Origin: Camelus dromedarius
Lineage: Eukaryota
NCBI RefSeq assembly: GCF_036321535.1
Contig: NC_087447.1
Location: forward strand, 45,012,001-45,076,000
DNA: 64,000 bases
Direction of reading: 5' to 3'
Within the stretch, counting starts at the first letter, position 1. Every line of letters begins with the position of its first letter. The notes beneath the pieces were generated by a model that saw only the letters and a program-made list of their open reading frames with translations, made no database searches and was not told the origin of the DNA. Positions 60,474-64,000 of this stretch are shown piece after piece. Both the position numbers and the translations under genes were made by a program.

Positions 60474-63286
60474 GTATATACACACATAAAGAAAACAAAT
60501 CTGACAGCAGATATTAATGAATAAGAAAACGTTAAAACAAAGTAAATAAAACAAGTTTGTTTTTGAAAACAATCAATGAATTGACAAAACATAAATAAAC
60601 TGACCACGAAAGAAGTGAAACAGAAAATCACCAAACTCAGGAATAAAAGAGAGGACACTACTGTGAATAATATATAAATTAACGGGATAATAAAGGATTA
60701 TTATAATGAACTTTATGCCTACAAATAAGAAAACTGAAAATAGACAATTGCTTACAAAGACGTACAAAAACTGACTCAATGACTGTGAAAAATAGAAATA
60801 ATCCTAATACAGGTAAAATAGTTTAAAGCTTTCCTATAAGAAAAAGCCAGAGTGAGATGGCTTCACTAATGAATTCCATTAATATTTAAAGAATAAATAA
60901 CAGTCCTTCAAAAATTATCTCCAGAAATAGAGAAAGAGAAAGAAAATATCAACACACTAAGGGAAAGAAAAAACATCTTGCAATCAGAAGTGCATTTGTT
61001 CGTGACTAAGCTGCGTCATGAAGAGCTGTCTGACAAATGCTTAACACTGGATCACAGATAACAGGGGCCTCCAGCAAATCACTGAAGACAGTGAATCTTC
61101 TCTCCACAGTCACATTTTTGCACTGAACATGGTACATTAAAAAATAAAAATTCCTCTTGTTATTCCTGAATTCAATTCATTCATTCAGATATTCTTATAT
61201 CCTCCAGATGAGATGCAGGGAAGGGGCACAGCAGGGCCAAAGTAACCTTGGTGACAACACCAGAAAGAACACAACAATACAGAAGAGATGGAAACCTAGG
61301 CTTCATTTGTCTCAGCTCTCAGATGCTGAGGCTACTTCCCCAGGCTTACCTGCAGCATCTCCACCATTGACCGTTGCAAACATTGTTCCAGATCTGAGAT
61401 GAGGTCTCTCACCAACTGGCTCTGCTGGACCACCTCATTCTCAGAGTCTGCCAGGTTACGCAGAATACCTCCTACATCATCCTTCAGCTTTTGAAGTTCC
61501 TTCTGCTCCTCATCGTTCAGGATAGCTCTCAGTTCTTTAAACTCTGCCTGGACATTTTGTCTCTCATTTTCCATTTGATGCTTCAGGAATGAAAGAGAGA
61601 GAGAGGAATTAGAACTCTCAGGCTGACACTGGGAACCAGAAAAAGACCTACATACTCAGGAAGTTCCCACAGGGAGGTGAGATAGAAGGAGGAAAAGAGT
61701 TCCTGGGGAAGCTGGTTATTGTCCATCACTTTTTCACCATCACATTCCAAATTAATGGCCCCAAGTCTGCATTACCTTAGGCCCCGCTGAGCCAAAATAG
61801 GATCCCTGTGGGTGCTAGGCTTCACATGTGTCCAGGATGCTCGTGCCTCCCTGAATTACTCCCGATCCCTCCCACAATCCACTGCCAAAAGTGGAATACT
61901 GAGGACAGAACCATCCGCCATTGCCATTTGACATGAACGGAACATGAAATTCACGCGTCATCCTCAGCAGAGAGCCCCTGCACACGAATACCTCCCTTGG
62001 GGTGGCGGTGTTCACTGGGGGTACGTGCGCTTCTCAGCCCTCAGCCCTATCAGGGGAAGGATGAACAAACGGACCAATGAAAGGACTTGACTGTCAGGGA
62101 ACAAAGAGGAAGCTATCTCCTTGAGACTAACATCAAGGTCCTGCCCAGATACCTGTCTAACTCCCTCAGGAAGTGTCTCCACCTACCTTCCAGGCAGTGA
62201 TCTCTTCTCTAACTTCCATCTCAAAGTTCTCAGCTTCCCGCTGCTCCTCCCTCAGCCTCTTCAGAATTGCCTGGAGTTTCCCCTGTGAGAAAAGAAGCAC
62301 ACCAGAGTCAAGCTCTGGGCTTGCTCAGCATCACTGCAGAGGATAAACGGGGGAGAAATGGTTGGGTTTCCAGACAATGGAATCCATAGAAATGAGCAAT
62401 TAGAATCTATGACTTGGGAAAAACCATGAAGTAGTGAATGTGTTCTTAAGACTCAAGAGATAGAAGACCCAACATCTCACCGACAGAGGACTGATTCTCT
62501 TTGTCCTAGAAGAACCCGGATCCTATAGCAAGGGAACGACTTTCACCTTAGCTCACCCAGTGTCCTAGTTAGCCTCTTATTCGGAGTGATAATGAGAGCT
62601 TCTCTCTCGCACCAGGTCCCCACCATCCAGCACAAAGTGCATAAGTATCTACTTCTACCTGGAAGGCTGTGTGCAGGGTTATTATTTTGTAATTGGGTGG
62701 AATACACAGACATGTCCATTGACATCAGAAGGTACACACTGGAAGAGAAGAGGCCACAGGCTTTGGGTCTGTGGTGACCAGGTAAATAAAGCCCATTGCC
62801 AAGTGGAGGTTTCCCCTCAAGTACCGTTTTCTGCCCTGTCTTCCCTCCATTCTGGTCTGTTACCTGGTACTCCTGGGCAACCTCCTCCAAGAGGCACGTG
62901 CGGTGACCACGGTGCTCCTGGGACCGCTCGCAAAGCCAGCAAATGACCTTCCCATCCTCCTTACAGAAGAGCAGGAGTTTCTCTCTGTGGCGCGCACAGA
63001 GATTTTCCATCTGCTCCACCTCTGAACTCAGCCTGACCTCCCTGAGCCTCTCCACTATGTTGGACACAAGCTGGTTACGCCGCAGGTTCTCAGGCTGGTA
63101 ACTGACTCGGCACACAGGGCAGCTGCTCTCCCCTTCTTGGCCAGTCCTGGACTCCTTGTTGTTCGCAGTGATGCAGGCTTGGCAGAACGTGTGGCCACAG
63201 TCAAGGCTGCAGGGTTCTGTCAGAAGCTCCAGGCAAATGGGGCAGGTCACCTCCTCCTGTATGTTCACCAGGATTCCTGACGCCAT
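55397..63286 (-). CDS. TRIM5: TRIM5-like (TRIM5alpha-type) E3 ligase / retroviral restriction factor; 7 coding exons, 495 aa, intact
   Basis: Coding exons of 423+96+231+23+101+27+587 = 1488 nt, all GT-AG and phase-compatible. The N-terminus [22 protein letters not shown] is TRIM5-type. The 96/231/23/101/27-nt internal exons match the recalled TRIM5/6/22/34 gene structure. Paralog identity (TRIM5 proper versus a lineage-specific copy) is not resolved. Confidence 0.85.
56207..56233 (-). CDS. TRIM5: TRIM5-like exon 7 (27 nt, ELRDVQRYW)
   Basis: ttttatcatttcag|AGCTGAGAGACGTGCAACGCTACTGGG|gtaagg. Confidence 0.9.
56515..56615 (-). CDS. TRIM5: TRIM5-like exon 6 (101 nt, linker 2)
   Basis: ttgtcttccctag|GAGTGAG...TTTGATG|gtgagg; translates [33 protein letters not shown]. 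Confidence 0.9.
56775..56900 (+). mobile_element. MIR SINE remnant in TRIM5 intron 5
   Basis: 'agttactctctgtgtgacctgagaaagttttgacctctc..tttcttcctttcaaaatgaaa'. Confidence 0.55.
57830..57852 (-). CDS. TRIM5: TRIM5-like exon 5 (23 nt, DVHGIIKR)
   Basis: cttttctcactag|GATGTGCATGGCATCATAAAAAG|gtatgt. Confidence 0.9.
58800..59090 (-). mobile_element. Old MLT1-like LTR remnant in TRIM5 intron 4
   Basis: 'attagggctcctttgttgtacaagacaaaactcaa..aggtctctatctttctc..ttagctttattctcag'. Confidence 0.4.
59290..60960 (+). mobile_element. Old L1 fragment (inter-ORF region and ORF2 5' part), antisense to TRIM5, in intron 4
   Basis: 'aactgcattaaatgt', 'tagacaaaatagactttaagaca', 'cacctaacagcagagcttcaaa', 'aataaaagagaggacactactg', 'ggcttcactaatgaattc'. 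Confidence 0.75.
60398..60471. repeat. Interrupted (CA)n microsatellite
   Basis: CA run with two CAAA interruptions. Confidence 0.95.
61350..61580 (-). CDS. TRIM5: TRIM5-like exon 4 (231 nt, coiled coil)
   Basis: ttcattcctgaag|CATCAAATG...ATGCTGCAG|gtaagc; translates [40 protein letters not shown]. Confidence 0.92.
62187..62282 (-). CDS. TRIM5: TRIM5-like exon 3 (96 nt, start of coiled coil)
   Basis: cttttctcacag|GGGAAACTC...GCCTGGAAG|gtaggt; translates [32 protein letters not shown]. Confidence 0.92.
62864..63286 (-). CDS. TRIM5: TRIM5-like exon 2 coding part (RING and B-box 2)
   Basis: ATG at 63286 (the ORF-track start at 63295 is GTG); exon acceptor cacgcag|GGATCTGTG at 63347; C3HC4 RING and B-box ligands complete; donor CAG|gtaaca. 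Confidence 0.93.
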
Positions 63287-63665
63287 GCCAGCCACTCCCC
63301 TGTTTCCACCCGTCCTGATTTCTAAGGCTTCTCGTACTCACAGATCCCTGCGTGATTGGCAATATTGAAAGGCAACAGAGAAAGGTACAAAGAAAGTGAT
63401 ACTAATTGTGTAGAAATCAAAGATGCTTGAAGACCAAATTATTGAAGGCCAAAACAAACAAACAAACAAAGAAACAGAGAGAAAAAAGGAAGGAGCTGGC
63501 TGACCTGTTATAAAGGACATTTCATAATAATTTTAAACACTTTGCTCTCAGTTCATGATTCTTATTATTTAATTTTACCAAACAAAAGTATGATCTGATA
63601 TTTTTCTACCAAGATCCGTGTATAAGCCTGGAATTCTGTCAAGGAGATTGATAGGAGACTAAGCC

Positions 63666-63668
63666 TGT

Positions 63669-63709
<41 letters not shown>

Positions 63710-63718
63710 CGTGTGTGT
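63666..63718. repeat. (TG)n microsatellite in TRIM5 intron 1
   Basis: Interrupted dinucleotide run. Confidence 0.9.
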
Positions 63719-64000
63719 ATATAAGGATGGATGGGATGGAGATGGTACAGGTATACTCATAGGATCACAGAAGTCAGATACCTAAAAACATAGAAACACA
63801 CATGAAATGAATGTCAGCCCTGAGAAAAATCCACAAAGTACTAGGCAAAATCCTTCAGCTAATTTTCCTTGATGGTGACTTACACGCTAGCAACTGGCCT
63901 AACAGCCATAATCAGAAAGATGAGTCTAAACAGAGGATTTTAGTCACTATGAACTGGAAATTCACTTGGAAGGTAATGGCAAATTAAAATTCAGCCACAT

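Noticed and set aside
63287-63295. MAG extension before MASGIL in TRIM5
   Set aside because: The codon at 63295 is GTG. The same issue applies to the ORF-track starts at 31414 (GTG) and 11003 (TTG).
1-64000. CRISPR arrays, tRNA, rRNA or snoRNA genes, prokaryotic systems
   Set aside because: The sequence is intron-containing mammalian DNA; I saw no repeat-spacer array or recognisable structural RNA.

Overview
AT-rich, LINE/LTR-rich mammalian genomic DNA. It corresponds to the junction between the TRIM6/34/5/22 antiviral cluster and the class I (OR52/OR56) olfactory receptor cluster (human 11p15.4-equivalent). The L1 3' tails (...tgtacaccagaaactgacac...attgtaactgactat) and the absence of recognisable Bov-A/tA, PRE-1, CHR, SINEC or Alu SINEs suggest a cetartiodactyl, most likely a camelid (inference). 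From right to left on the minus strand: (1) a TRIM5-like gene whose 7 coding exons I reconstructed by hand (63286-55397; GT-AG junctions, 1488 nt, 495 aa, RING/B-box2/coiled-coil/B30.2, no stop or frameshift); (2) intact ORs of OR52H type (43627-42686), OR52D type (36394-35444) and OR52U type (31393-30416); (3) a plus-strand OR52 pseudogene cut off by L1 (23461-24105); (4) OR52P1 and OR52N4 pseudogenes; (5) an intact OR56B1. The rest is L1, L2, MIR, MaLR/ERVL/ERV1 LTRs, microsatellites and four short N-gaps in or next to L1. Several ORF-track starts are GTG/TTG, so I corrected them to the first ATG. I see no clearly new biological system. The best leads are the TRIM5-like gene sitting in the TRIM22 slot and orientation with unusual B30.2 and coiled-coil residues, a conserved TRIM5-gamma-like intron-7 tail, and a possible spliced start codon for OR56B1. 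Repeat family names and ortholog names come from recalled consensus sequences, not from database searches.
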